From NCBI GenBank assembly GCA_963716395.1, contig OY970309.1, positions 736,001-800,000 of the forward strand: a stretch of 64,000 bases of DNA, written 5' to 3'. Positions 28,978 through 39,536 of the stretch are shown piece by piece; within the stretch, counting starts at the first letter, position 1; each line of letters opens with the position of its first letter. Position numbers and translations under genes: made by a program. This DNA is from an uncultured Fibrobacteria bacterium (GTDB lineage: Bacteria > Fibrobacterota > Fibrobacteria > UBA11236). Below the pieces are notes generated by a model, which was not told where the DNA came from, searched no databases, and saw nothing but the letters and a program-made list of their open reading frames with translations.

Positions 28978-30209
28978 TGCTTTTCACACGCCCTTCATCC
29001 AACCATACGTGTTACGCGTGGTCGGTATTTTCCGTGCGCCGAACCGCATTCGCGGTGTTGCTCGGGTGGGCTGCGTCGGGTGCCCAAACGCCGGCCGCGG
29101 ACGCTGCTTGGGAAAACGCTTCCCCCGGCCCTTCGCAGGCTGCGAACCGGCTCGCCTATGTCGGTTATCAAACCGCGCTTTCAACCTATGTGTATGGATT
29201 GGCGTTTCCCCTGGCCTACGGAGCGGATCAACCGCGCGTGCTCATCGCCGCTCCACTCATCACCGCGCCCCTGGCTTTCGGCGCCCATGTGTGGCTGTCG
29301 CGGCGACTCGACCTCTCCGACGCCCATCTCAAGGGCACGATTTACGAGCCCTCGCTGGCCGTGTACGGAGCCACGGCCTTGCCCCTGGCGTTTACGCATA
29401 ATTTTCGCGACGGGTATCAAATCGGATCCGTGCTGGGGGCCATCGCCTACCCGCTGGGGCTGTGGTACGGCTACCACCTCGGCGACGTATATCAAAACAA
29501 TCCCCGGCAATTGGACACCAAGTTCAAATTTTCCTTGGGGTACGGGCTGCTCGGATTCATCACCCCGACGCTTTATTTTGAGCATCCCGGCGATCATTCC
29601 AACGACATCCTGCGCCTGGGATTGGGCCAAAGCGTCGGCTTCGCCGCCATGGGCCAGGCGGTGGCCGACTTCTACCGCAGCGGCCCCGACATGGCGCCGG
29701 GCGCCCCGCTCGGCATCGCCACGCAAACGGTACTGGGAGGCTTGGCCGGCCTCGAAGGCGCGGCTCTGGCCGACGCCTCGTCGGCGCGGCCCTGGACCGG
29801 CGCCGCGGTGCTCGGCGCTTCGCTCGGGTTCACCGCCGGGGTGTTCTTCTTTTATCCCAGCCATGACACCGAAGAGCGATCGGTGTACACCATGCTGGGG
29901 GCCTTGGGCGGCACCTTGATGGGGGCTGGCCTCGAGTTATTGCTCTACGACAAGCAGGCCTCGGATCGCGACCAGAAAGTTGCGTGGACCAGTTCGCTGA
30001 TCGGCGGGTCGTGGATTGGGTATTGGGCGACCTATCTCCTGACCATGGACATGACGGCGCCCGACGGGAAAAGGGCCATGCGGGAGACAAGGTCGGACGC
30101 GCCCATGCGCTGGGCCTTGAATCCCCTGCCGGAAATGGAGCCGGTGTGGTCTTACGGAGAAACCGCCTGGCGTTGGCGCATTCCGGGGCTAACGTATCGT
30201 TTTGACTAA
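28977..30209 (+). CDS. Hypothetical Gly/Ala-rich multi-pass membrane protein
   Basis: ATG overlaps the PPIase stop; many GxxxG hydrophobic segments; good codon usage. Confidence 0.7.
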   Translation: MLFTRPSSNHTCYAWSVFSVRRTAFAVLLGWAASGAQTPAADAAWENASPGPSQAANRLAYVGYQTALSTYVYGLAFPLAYGADQPRVLIAAPLITAPLAFGAHVWLSRRLDLSDAHLKGTIYEPSLAVYGATALPLAFTHNFRDGYQIGSVLGAIAYPLGLWYGYHLGDVYQNNPRQLDTKFKFSLGYGLLGFITPTLYFEHPGDHSNDILRLGLGQSVGFAAMGQAVADFYRSGPDMAPGAPLGIATQTVLGGLAGLEGAALADASSARPWTGAAVLGASLGFTAGVFFFYPSHDTEERSVYTMLGALGGTLMGAGLELLLYDKQASDRDQKVAWTSSLIGGSWIGYWATYLLTMDMTAPDGKRAMRETRSDAPMRWALNPLPEMEPVWSYGETAWRWRIPGLTYRFD

Positions 30210-30357
30210 ACTCTGACGGTCGGGATTTTTGCTTGGGGCCGGAATTTTTCTGGGGAAACCGGCAAAATCAAAACGCCGAAGCCCCGGGATCCGAATACTT
30301 TAATCACACTGAAGGAGCCGGATTTGCCGCAACCTTTTCGCTTGTGGGTTTTTGTGT

Positions 30358-31632
30358 ATGAAGGTGATTGAGGTCGAACCGGCCGTGCCCAATGTGCTTC
30401 GGCTGTTTCTGGAGGCGCAACCCCGCCGCGACTTTCTGGCCAAAGCCACCGAAGCGCTGGCGCGCGAAAAGGCGTCGCATTACGCCACCGTCAACAAATT
30501 TTTGGAAAGCGAAATCAGCCAGGCCGGCCATCTGCTGGAAGCACTCGCCGATTTCCAGTCGTGGGTGGAAGAAGAACGCGAACTGAGCTTCGAAACGGAA
30601 AAGCAATACCGCGACCTCAAGGAACAGGTGCAGCAGCAATCGGTCGAATTGCATCGCGCCAAGGTGAAGCTCACCGATGTCAAAATCTCCGTATGCCGAT
30701 TCATCGCCGCGGTCGAGGCCCCGCGTAAAGCGTCGAAGGCGTTGCGCTCGCTCGAAGAGTGGATGGACGCCGCCACCATGGCCGAAATGCGATTGTCGCG
30801 CACGCTCGAGGTGAACCCTGATCCGGCCCGCCAGCAATTCCTCTCCCTGTTCACCACCTTCCGTTCGGTGCTGTGTTCGTTCGATGGACCCAGCCAGTTT
30901 TTACGGCAGTTGGAAGCGGCCTGGGCTTCGCTTGAGGCCTTGCATGAAAAGGTGCTACTGGAAACCGATGTGATGAAATCGGCCGAAAGGCTGGAACAAA
31001 CGCGCCAAGAGCTTTCCACCGTGAAGCTGGATTTGACCTCGTTGCAATCCCGCCTGCAAACCCAGGCGCAGCAGGCCGGCCACCTGGAGGTGCGCAAGAA
31101 ATCCCTGTGGAGCCGGCTGCTCCCCGCGGTGATAATTCTGGCGGCCGGCATCGGGGCCTATCTCTACTTGCGCAACGACGCCCACAACATGCACCGCCGC
31201 GCGGGCAGTGTCATCACCGAAGCCAGTTGCCAGGAGATCGCCGAACAGATCGCGCACTCGCCCCGTTATGCGGGACAGGTGCTCATCTTCCGCAAGTTCG
31301 GCCAGGACGTTTACTTCTCCGCCAATGCCATGACCTGCGAGAAACTGCATCGGCTCGATTCCACCCAGGTGGCGGCGCTGGCCGCGCTCTTGCAACTCGA
31401 TTACGAGAAGGGCAATCAGCAATCCAGCGTCTTCAACGGCCACCGCGTACTTCAGGTCAAAGACGTCGGTATCAACAAACTCGTGGTCGACTTGGCCAAC
31501 CCCACCAACGACGACGTGGAATTCAAACTGCGCGTGTTGGAATTGGCGACGTTGCTCAAGGCCGTCCTGCAATCCGATCCGGCCGGCGATGCCCTCATCG
31601 TCGATCTGCCGCCCCAAACTTCGGAACCTTGA
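30358..31632 (+). CDS. Hypothetical coiled-coil protein with a single TM helix and a C-terminal extracytoplasmic domain
   Basis: E/Q/L-rich heptads, TM segment LLPAVIILAAGIGAYLYL, host-like codon usage. Confidence 0.75.
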   Translation: MKVIEVEPAVPNVLRLFLEAQPRRDFLAKATEALAREKASHYATVNKFLESEISQAGHLLEALADFQSWVEEERELSFETEKQYRDLKEQVQQQSVELHRAKVKLTDVKISVCRFIAAVEAPRKASKALRSLEEWMDAATMAEMRLSRTLEVNPDPARQQFLSLFTTFRSVLCSFDGPSQFLRQLEAAWASLEALHEKVLLETDVMKSAERLEQTRQELSTVKLDLTSLQSRLQTQAQQAGHLEVRKKSLWSRLLPAVIILAAGIGAYLYLRNDAHNMHRRAGSVITEASCQEIAEQIAHSPRYAGQVLIFRKFGQDVYFSANAMTCEKLHRLDSTQVAALAALLQLDYEKGNQQSSVFNGHRVLQVKDVGINKLVVDLANPTNDDVEFKLRVLELATLLKAVLQSDPAGDALIVDLPPQTSEP

Positions 31633-31778
31633 TTCGGAAACGCGCGAAATTAGCGTTTCAACGATTTTTAAAGGCGCCTTCATCGCCTTGTGGTTGCGAG
31701 CGCGGCGGTAAATAGGGATATTTCCCCAGGGCGCTTGCGTATTGCGGGCGCGTCATTCACTTTTGGCGAGGCCCGATT

Positions 31779-32609
31779 ATGATCCATTCCGTCCCTTCCT
31801 CCGACGACTCCCTGGCGTCGATTGCCGATGTGCAGGGCCTTGAGGACACACGCCGCATCAGCATCGACAGGGTGGGCATCAAAGGCATCCGCTATCCGGT
31901 GCGGGTCAAAGACCGCAGCGGCGGGGAACAGCACACCATCGCCAACTTCGACATGTACGTGCATTTGCCGCACCACTTCAAGGGCACGCATATGAGCCGC
32001 TTTGTCGAAATTCTCAACCGGCATGATAACGAGATTACCGTGGAATCGTTCCAGGAAATGCTGCCCGAGATGATCGCGCGCCTCAACAGCGAACGCGGCA
32101 GCATCGAAATGCGTTTTCCCTACTTCGTCGATAAGCGCGCGCCGGTGTCGGGCGTGCATAGCCTCATGGATTACGATGTGACCTTTATCGGAGAAACCAA
32201 CCGCCGCGGCACCGAAATGACGCTGAAGGTCGTGGTACCCGTCACATCGCTCTGCCCGTGCTCCAAGGAAATTTCCGATTATGGGGCGCATAATCAGCGC
32301 TCGCATGTCACCATCACGGCCCTCTTGGCCCCGGGCCCGCATTTTGTGTGGATCGAAGACCTGATCGACTTGGTCGAGTCGGTAGGTTCCTGCGAGTTGT
32401 ACGGATTACTAAAGCGGCCCGACGAAAAATTCGTGACCGAACGCGCCTATGACAATCCCAAATTCGTCGAAGATATGGTGCGCGACGCCGCCCATCTGCT
32501 GAACAAAGATGCGCGTATCGCTCATTACATCGTCGAATCGGAAAACTTCGAATCGATCCACAATCACTCGGCTTACGCCATGATCGAAAAAGACAAGCGC
32601 AAAATCTGA
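31779..32609 (+). CDS. folE2: GTP cyclohydrolase IB (FolE2)
   Basis: [55 protein letters not shown]. Confidence 0.97.
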   Translation: MIHSVPSSDDSLASIADVQGLEDTRRISIDRVGIKGIRYPVRVKDRSGGEQHTIANFDMYVHLPHHFKGTHMSRFVEILNRHDNEITVESFQEMLPEMIARLNSERGSIEMRFPYFVDKRAPVSGVHSLMDYDVTFIGETNRRGTEMTLKVVVPVTSLCPCSKEISDYGAHNQRSHVTITALLAPGPHFVWIEDLIDLVESVGSCELYGLLKRPDEKFVTERAYDNPKFVEDMVRDAAHLLNKDARIAHYIVESENFESIHNHSAYAMIEKDKRKI

Positions 32610-32732
32610 GGTCTTTCGGGAAGGCCCCGCGCGGGCGTTTCTACACCCTGTCGGCCCTGTCAATCCACGCGGCGCGACTCTCGATGCCCGGCCTCGTCCC
32701 TCGGCCGGAATCCCGCCGGTATACGGGGTCGC

Positions 32733-35405
32733 TTATTTCTTGGCGACGGCGGTCTTGAAGCGCCGGTTATCCCACCACACCACGAAGGGGCAGGCCACCG
32801 CGATGGTGGAATAGGTGCCCACGACGACGCCGATCACCATGGCAATGCTGAAATCGCGCACTTCGGAAGCGCCCATCACGGCCAGGATGAACACGGTGAA
32901 AAACACGGTGACATGTGTGATCACGCTGCGGCTCAGGCACTGGTTGTTGGCACTGTTGACGCGCGTGGCGAAGCTCTCTTTGAGGCTGGCAATGGCCGTC
33001 AATTCGCGGATGCGGTCGAAAATAATGATGGAATCATTGAGGGAATAGCCGACGATGGTCAGAATGGCGGCCACGAAGTCCAGCGAGATGCCGCGCCCGA
33101 AGAGGGCGAACAGGCCCAAGGTGATGAAGCTGTCGTGGATGACGCCCAGCACCCCACCCAGGCCGAAACCCAGGCCGTTGCGTCCGAAACGGAACCAGAT
33201 GTATAACACGATCAGGACGAGTGCGGCGAAGATCGACCAGAAAGCCGAAAGACGCAGGTCTTTTCCCACCGACGGACCCACGGTGTCTTCGCTTTCAATG
33301 GTTCCGGTTCCAACCGCCTTTTGCACACGTTCTTTGGCGGTGGAATCGGTAGCCACCTTGGCCAGATAGACCAGAATGCTGTGGTCGCTGAGCGATCCCA
33401 CGGTTTGCACCTGGGGATCCTCGAGGCCCTGCGCCGACAGGTTTTTACGGATGCGCTCGAGATTGGGCTGGCTTTGAAAGCGCACCTGATACACATGGCC
33501 GCCGGTGAAATCGATGCCGAAGTTGAGCCCGCGCACGGCGATGGCCCCGAAGGCCAACAGCAGTACGGCCACCGACAGGCCCACATAATAGCGCGACCAG
33601 GGAATGACCTTGAGATCCACGGTGCGGAACCACTTGACGCCTTTGCCGATGCTGAGATGGGTCACGTCGCGGCGCACGAGCAGATAATCGAACACCAAGC
33701 GGGTGACCACGATGGCGGTATACATCGAGGCCGAAAGGCCGATCATCAAGGTGAGGCCGAAACCTTTGATGGGCCCGACGCCGATGTAATAGAGGATGGC
33801 GGCGGTGCCCAGCGTGGTGACGTTGGAGTCGAGAATGGCGCTGAAGGCCTTTTTGTACCCGATGTCGACGGCCGCACGCGGCGGTTTACCCAGTCGCAAT
33901 TCTTCGCGGATACGCTCGAAAATCAGCACGTTGGCATCGACCGCCATACCGATGGTGAGCGCGATACCTGCCAGTCCGGGCAGGGTCAAGGTGGCGTGAA
34001 AGGCCGAGAGTACGGCGAAAAGAATGATGACGTTCAGGAACAGCGCGAGATCGGCGATGAGACCGGCGCCCTTATAGTACACCACCATGAATATGGCCAC
34101 CAGCAATAGAGCCGCAATGGCGGCGAGAAAGCCTTTATGGATGTTTTCTTCACCCAGACTCGGGCCCACCGATCGCAGCTCGGCAATCTTCATGGGCGCC
34201 GGTAACGACCCGGCGCGCAAGGTCACCGCCAATTGCTTGGCTTCGGCGATGGAATTGATGCCGGTAATCGAAGCCCGGCCGTTGGGAATGCGGCCCTGGA
34301 TTTCAGGCGCCGAATACACCACCGAATCCAGCACGATGGCCAATTGCCGGTGGATGTTGGCTCCGGTCACGCGCGCGAATTCCTTGGGTCCGATGCCTTT
34401 GAAGGTCAGCTCGACTTCGAGTTCACCGGCCTTCATGCCCCCTTGCACATGCGAGAAGGTGGCGTCATCGATGGTGGAGCCGTCCATTTCCGGGCGCTTC
34501 TTCAGCATATAGAGACGCCGCACCCGCTGTCCGTTGTCGAGCTTTTCCACTTCGCGGCCCCACAGGAATTCGTAATGCGACGGAATCACCTGTTGCACTT
34601 CGGAGTCGGCCAGAATCTGTTTCATCTTTTCCACGTTCGGTTCGGCCACTCCGATATCGCGCCCCACCTGCACCAAGAGCGAGGTGAAAGGGCGGTTGTG
34701 GAAATAATTTTCGGCCAGAGCGGCGCCGCTGTCCTGGGAGGTGTCGCCTTTTTTACCCGTATCGGATTTCGCCAACGTCGTGTCCAGGGATTGCGTGGAA
34801 TCGCGATGGTGGGTGGTGTCGCTTTGCACCACCCGGCCGAATACGTTCTCGACCTGGTTCGTCGGTTTGACGGCGGTAACCGTCGAGGCCCCGGATTTTC
34901 CCGTGTTGCGCGCGGCCAGAAAAGCGTCGAGGCGATCGAGCACGGGTTTGAATTCCTGAGCCTCGGGCACGAGGTTGAATTCCAGGCGCGCGGTGGCGCC
35001 GATGAGTTTACGCGCGTCTTCGGCGTCCATGCCGGCCAGGTCGGCCACGATGCGGTTGTCGCCCGACTTGGTAATCACGGGCTCGCTCAACCCGTACTGG
35101 TCGACGCGGTTGCGGATGATTTCGAGGCAGCGATCGAGCACGTCGCGGCGCGCCGATTTGTCGAGCTTGGATTTGTCGATCTCAACGATGATATGGGTGC
35201 CTCCCGCCAAATCCAAGCCGAGGTTCAGGGCTTTGGAGGCGAGAGTGGGATGATCTTTCTTGTAAATTTCGCGCGCGCGTTTTTCGAGCGGCAGGTTGGG
35301 GTCGTTCTTCTTGCTGAACACGATCAAGGTGGGCACGAGGCTCCACCCGCACAAGAGCAGCACCACACACAACACGACGGTGCGGAGTCCGGTATCCCTT
35401 TTCAT
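32733..35405 (-). CDS. secDF: Protein translocase subunit SecDF (fused)
   Basis: LGLDLAGG, GMAVDANVLIFERIREE (SecD); GIDFTGG, GYSLNDSIIIFDRIRE (SecF). Confidence 0.97.
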   Translation of the reverse strand: MKRDTGLRTVVLCVVLLLCGWSLVPTLIVFSKKNDPNLPLEKRAREIYKKDHPTLASKALNLGLDLAGGTHIIVEIDKSKLDKSARRDVLDRCLEIIRNRVDQYGLSEPVITKSGDNRIVADLAGMDAEDARKLIGATARLEFNLVPEAQEFKPVLDRLDAFLAARNTGKSGASTVTAVKPTNQVENVFGRVVQSDTTHHRDSTQSLDTTLAKSDTGKKGDTSQDSGAALAENYFHNRPFTSLLVQVGRDIGVAEPNVEKMKQILADSEVQQVIPSHYEFLWGREVEKLDNGQRVRRLYMLKKRPEMDGSTIDDATFSHVQGGMKAGELEVELTFKGIGPKEFARVTGANIHRQLAIVLDSVVYSAPEIQGRIPNGRASITGINSIAEAKQLAVTLRAGSLPAPMKIAELRSVGPSLGEENIHKGFLAAIAALLLVAIFMVVYYKGAGLIADLALFLNVIILFAVLSAFHATLTLPGLAGIALTIGMAVDANVLIFERIREELRLGKPPRAAVDIGYKKAFSAILDSNVTTLGTAAILYYIGVGPIKGFGLTLMIGLSASMYTAIVVTRLVFDYLLVRRDVTHLSIGKGVKWFRTVDLKVIPWSRYYVGLSVAVLLLAFGAIAVRGLNFGIDFTGGHVYQVRFQSQPNLERIRKNLSAQGLEDPQVQTVGSLSDHSILVYLAKVATDSTAKERVQKAVGTGTIESEDTVGPSVGKDLRLSAFWSIFAALVLIVLYIWFRFGRNGLGFGLGGVLGVIHDSFITLGLFALFGRGISLDFVAAILTIVGYSLNDSIIIFDRIRELTAIASLKESFATRVNSANNQCLSRSVITHVTVFFTVFILAVMGASEVRDFSIAMVIGVVVGTYSTIAVACPFVVWWDNRRFKTAVAKK

Positions 35406-35643
35406 GCGAGCATTAAATCCTTCACGGAAAAAACCTGGGGCGTTGTCCGGCAGCTAAAGTTTGATGCCGCAAGGACTTAGCAACCGATAAAATCGGCCGG
35501 CGGAATATAGCAACTGCGCCGCGCAATGGGGAATGCCAAAGCCGATCATTTTTGCCCGCGTGGCGCGATCCCTCTCCGCTTTTCCACGCAGTCACGCAAA
35601 CCTGGTCAGGCGCGAAGCCGCCGCACTTCGGGGTAGCGGATGT

Positions 35644-36342
35644 TCAGGATTTTTTGGCGGCGTAGGTTGCGAGCAGCAACTTGAATTCGGGGCGGCCACA
35701 GATACCGGCGAGATCCGGGTCACCGCTGGCCCAGTCCAAATCCGAGAACCCTTTGGCCAAAGCCATTTCCAAGGCCACCAGCGCTTTTTCGTCTTGGCCG
35801 GAGAGGGCGTAATAACAGGCCAAGTCGTAATGGGCCGCCGCGCATTCGGGATCCAGCAGCAACGCTTTCTTGGCCGCCGCTGCGCTTTCGTCAAAGCGGT
35901 TTTCCAGCTTGGCGATGGATCCCAACAACACATAGGCCGGCGCGAAGCCGGGATTGTATTCCAGCGATTTGCGGCAATGGGTCTTGGCTTCGCCCGTGCG
36001 TCCCAGGCTCTTATACAAACCGGCCAGGCAATAATGGGCTTCGAAGTTTTCGCAACCGGCTTCCAAAGCGCGGTTCAGGCAGGCACAGGCCTCTTCGTAC
36101 AGACAGGCGTCGGCGTATTCCAGGCCGCGGCGGAACCACCAGGCCCCTTCTTCGGGACTGGGGTCGGGTGTCTCCTCCTCCGACGCCTCTTTCCAGGAGC
36201 GCTCGACCAGGTTCAATGCCGCCGGAATTTTTCCCGACTTGAAGAGAAAATCCGAAAGCTCCTGGTATAAAAAGGCCGCGGGCTGGCCTTGCCACTTCTC
36301 CCGCAGCGTCTGAATTTCGCTCCGCATCGGGTCCGGCCGCAT
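35644..36342 (-). CDS. TPR-repeat protein
   Basis: Several TPRs; C-terminal YDLACYYAL...KGF...DPDL capping motif; RBS GAGGGG before ATG 36342. Confidence 0.85.
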   Translation of the reverse strand: MRPDPMRSEIQTLREKWQGQPAAFLYQELSDFLFKSGKIPAALNLVERSWKEASEEETPDPSPEEGAWWFRRGLEYADACLYEEACACLNRALEAGCENFEAHYCLAGLYKSLGRTGEAKTHCRKSLEYNPGFAPAYVLLGSIAKLENRFDESAAAAKKALLLDPECAAAHYDLACYYALSGQDEKALVALEMALAKGFSDLDWASGDPDLAGICGRPEFKLLLATYAAKKS

Positions 36343-36591
36343 GGTTCCCCCTCTCAGGATGATAATAACTCCGCCCGGCCGGGTCGACGCGCCGCACTTT
36401 GCCTGCAACCGGCGAAATTTTCCCTTTGTCTGGGGTTTGAAGGCTAAAATCGCCATCTCTTGGACCCGTCGGGAGCTGTGGTTAAAAACCGGGCACCTTC
36501 CGGCATACCCCGAAAACACCACGGGCCTCCCCTTGTTTGTTTATTTGTTAGAACGTATATCAACAACACGAACGATAAGGAGGACTTTCCC

Positions 36592-36795
36592 ATGGCAAAT
36601 ATGGCGACCATACTCAAAAACGGGCCGGTAAAAATCGAAGGCGAGTTCCAGGTTTGCGATGCCGCCGGGCATCCCTTCAATTTGGGCGCGGGCAAACCCG
36701 TGTTTCTTTGCCGCTGCGGCCAAAGCTCCAATAAGCCCTTTTGCGACGGCACCCACGGCAAACAGGGATTTCAGTCCGAAGTCAAAGCGACCTGA
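36592..36795 (+). CDS. CDGSH iron-sulfur domain protein
   Basis: NGPV...LCRCGQSSNKPFCDGTH; RBS AAGGAGG. Confidence 0.93.
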   Translation: MANMATILKNGPVKIEGEFQVCDAAGHPFNLGAGKPVFLCRCGQSSNKPFCDGTHGKQGFQSEVKAT

Positions 36796-36820
36796 ACCCG
36801 GTCGTGATTCCGACTCCTTA

Positions 36821-36849
36821 ACATTCCGGGACTTAGCCTTCCGGGATGT
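36821..36849. terminator. Hairpin between the convergent CDGSH and MFS genes
   Basis: ACATTCCGGGA-N7-TTCCGGGATGT imperfect inverted repeat. Confidence 0.4.
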
Positions 36850-36864
36850 GGATGTATGCGCGGT

Positions 36865-38421
36865 TTATTCGGCCGCGAGGCTCACGGCGCGTACCGGAGC
36901 CGATCTGCGCCGTGACCGGAACAAAAGTAGCAGCGGAATGCAAATCAAAAAGAAAATGCCGACAAGAAAAAAGGCGTCGAGATAAGAGAGCAAGGCCGCC
37001 TGCCGAGTCACGGTGAAATTCATCAGACCCAGGGCCTTCTGTCGCGCCGAGGCCGGATCGGCCCCCTGCGCCAGAAAAGCCCCGGCCATACCGCGTAAAC
37101 GGGCCAACGTTGGGATGCTGTAAGCCGTAACATTGGCCGAAAGAATGCTTTTGTGAAAGGTGGTGCGCTGCTCGATGAAGGTGGCCATGAGGGCCACGCC
37201 GAAAGAGCCTCCCAGTTGGCGCACCATATTGGTGAAGCCCGTGCCTTGCGGAATGTCTTTGCCGTTCAGGTCGATCAGCGACAGTGTGGTGAGCGGAATG
37301 AAAATCAGCCCCAGCCCCAAGCCGCGTACCACCAGCGGCCAGAAGAAATCCGCTTCACCCGACTCGGCGCTCATGTGGGTGAACATGCGCGTGAATACGT
37401 AGAAGATGATGAAGCCGATGCCGCTGAGCAGCACCGGTGACGCGCGTTTTTGCAGGGCTTTGCCGATAATGGGCATCATCACGGCCGTGGCCAGGCTGCC
37501 GGGAACGAGGAGATATCCGGTTTCGGTGGCGGTGAATCCCAGGAAGTTCTGCGCGAAGACGGGAATTACAAACACCGAGGCGTACAGCCCGAAGCCGAGG
37601 ATAAAGTTGAACAGCGATCCCACCCCGAAGCTGCGGATGCGCAGCAAGCGCAAGTCGACGATAGGAAAAGGGTAGATCAGTTCGCGCCAGATAAACCCGA
37701 TCACACCCACCGCCGCCGCCGCCGTCAAGACCAGGATGAGACGCGAATCAAACCAGCCTTCGGCGTCGCCGCGTTCCAGTACCACCTGCAAAGCCCCCAC
37801 ACCCAGAATCAAAAGGCCGAGGCCCGCCCAATCCATGGCGCCGCGCGGGGGAAGCTCGTCGGGCTCTTTCACGTACAGCAACGTCAAAATGGTGGCGATG
37901 ATGCCCACCGGCACGTTCACGAAGAACACCCAATGCCAGGAGAGGTGATCGGTGATGGTGCCGCCCAACGCGGGCCCGATGGTGGGGCCGATGATCACGC
38001 CGAGGCCGTAGATGGCGTTGGCCAAGCCCAACTCTTCCTTGGGAAAGTTCTCGACGATGATGGCCTGCGAGGTCGAGAGCAGGCCGCCGCCGCCGATACC
38101 CTGGATAAAGCGGAAAGTGACCAGCATCCAGACATTGGTGGAGAGGCCGCACAGCACCGATGACACGGTGAACAGCACGATGGAGGCTACGAAGTAGTTG
38201 CGCCGGCCCAAACGCGCCGAGAGCCAGCCGGCCATGGCGATCATAACCACGTTGGCCGCCGCGTACGAGGTCACCACCCAACTGATATCTTCCAGCGTGG
38301 CGCCCAGGCTGCCCATCATCTGCAGCAGCGTCACGTTGACGATGGACGTGTCGATGAGTTGGAGCAACGCCGCCGACACCACGGTGACGATGACGATCCA
38401 TTTTTCCAGTCCGATCTTCAT
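36865..38421 (-). CDS. emrB: DHA2 family MFS efflux permease (EmrB/QacA)
   Basis: IDTSIVNV, WVVTSY, RLGRRN, RFIQGIGGG, GPTIGPALGG, WVFFVNVPVG, RQLGGSFG. Confidence 0.93.
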   Translation of the reverse strand: MKIGLEKWIVIVTVVSAALLQLIDTSIVNVTLLQMMGSLGATLEDISWVVTSYAAANVVMIAMAGWLSARLGRRNYFVASIVLFTVSSVLCGLSTNVWMLVTFRFIQGIGGGGLLSTSQAIIVENFPKEELGLANAIYGLGVIIGPTIGPALGGTITDHLSWHWVFFVNVPVGIIATILTLLYVKEPDELPPRGAMDWAGLGLLILGVGALQVVLERGDAEGWFDSRLILVLTAAAAVGVIGFIWRELIYPFPIVDLRLLRIRSFGVGSLFNFILGFGLYASVFVIPVFAQNFLGFTATETGYLLVPGSLATAVMMPIIGKALQKRASPVLLSGIGFIIFYVFTRMFTHMSAESGEADFFWPLVVRGLGLGLIFIPLTTLSLIDLNGKDIPQGTGFTNMVRQLGGSFGVALMATFIEQRTTFHKSILSANVTAYSIPTLARLRGMAGAFLAQGADPASARQKALGLMNFTVTRQAALLSYLDAFFLVGIFFLICIPLLLLFRSRRRSAPVRAVSLAAE

Positions 38422-38446
38422 GGTCGCAAGGCCGCCGCGCGCGAGG

Positions 38447-39520
38447 TTACGAGCCGCTCCGGGTGTCGATGGCCACCGATACCGACAGGCCGGGCCGCAA
38501 GGCCCAACGTTGTTCCTCCGCCGTGTCGAGCGTGATGCGCACCGGCACGCGCTGCACCACCTTGGTGAAATTTCCGCTGGCATTGTCGGGCGGCAGCAGG
38601 CTGAAGCGGGCCCCGGTGGCGTATTGAATGGCTTCGACGCGGCCATGGAGCTTGGCGTCGGGATAGGCGTCGACGTCCACCTCCACCGCTTGCCCGACCT
38701 TCACGTCTTGCAACTGTGTCTCCTTGAGGTTGGCCACCACCCATACCGGCGCCGCGTCGACAATGGCCATGACGGGCTGTCCCGGCGCCAGCAATTGCCC
38801 GGGTTCGAGATTCTTTTTGGCGATATGTCCCGTGGTGGGCGCGGTGACGACGGTGTAGGAAAGCTGCAATTTGGCGGCGTCCAAAGCCGCCTGCGCCGCA
38901 GCCAGGCGTGCATCGGCGGCTTTGACCTGGGCGTTGGCGCCCAGGGTGTTGAACACCGATCCCTTGGCCTGCTCGGCGGCGGCCCGGTAGGCGGCCTGAG
39001 CGGATCGGTAGGCGGCTTCGGCCGCATCCAACTGCGCCTTGCTCACGATATCCTGGCGGATCAAGGTGCGCATGCGATCCGCATCTTTTTTGGTCTTGTC
39101 GAGATTGGCTCTGGCCGCTTCGAGATCGGCCTCGGCCGCGGTCTTCTGGGCTTCGGCGACATGCGCGCCGGCGCCCGCCACGCCGCCTTTGGCCACGGCT
39201 TTGGCCGCCAGCAAATCGGCTTCGGCCTGTTGCTCTTTGATCTCCAACTCGTCGGGATCGATGGTGAATAACGTGTCGCCGGCCTGCACCGCCTGATCGT
39301 CGATCACATACACCTTTTCCACATAGCCGCCGACACGCGGCAGCACCGGCAGGATATGGCCTTCGATCTCGGCGTCGTCGGTGGTTTCATGCGTGTGGCG
39401 GTACCAAAGGGCGGGAATTCCCGCCGCCAGTCCGACGGCGAGGATGCCGAGCAGCACGAAATTGCGGATGCGGTTGCCTTTGGGGCGGGGAGCGGGTTTG
39501 TGTTCGTGCGAAGTGGTCAT
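38447..39520 (-). CDS. emrA: EmrA/HlyD family membrane fusion protein
   Basis: ETTDDA, ATGARFSLLPPDNASGNFTKVVQRVPVRI. Confidence 0.93.
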   Translation of the reverse strand: MTTSHEHKPAPRPKGNRIRNFVLLGILAVGLAAGIPALWYRHTHETTDDAEIEGHILPVLPRVGGYVEKVYVIDDQAVQAGDTLFTIDPDELEIKEQQAEADLLAAKAVAKGGVAGAGAHVAEAQKTAAEADLEAARANLDKTKKDADRMRTLIRQDIVSKAQLDAAEAAYRSAQAAYRAAAEQAKGSVFNTLGANAQVKAADARLAAAQAALDAAKLQLSYTVVTAPTTGHIAKKNLEPGQLLAPGQPVMAIVDAAPVWVVANLKETQLQDVKVGQAVEVDVDAYPDAKLHGRVEAIQYATGARFSLLPPDNASGNFTKVVQRVPVRITLDTAEEQRWALRPGLSVSVAIDTRSGS

Positions 39521-39536
39521 AGTCGGTTCCGAGTGG

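Noticed and set aside
31779-32609. folE2 as the missing toxB of the Tox-like operon
   Set aside because: It is GTP cyclohydrolase IB (folate pathway), not type II, and is separated from the operon by unrelated genes.
35590-35642. GCAAAcc..ggCGCGAAGCC..GGTAGCGG resembles parts of a c-di-GMP-I riboswitch
   Set aside because: No GNRA-capped P2 stem, and no downstream gene on that strand (it faces the 3' end of the TPR gene). An Infernal search would settle it.
36359-36377. GATGATAATAAC as a Fur box near the CDGSH gene
   Set aside because: Only a half-site and more than 200 nt from the CDGSH start.
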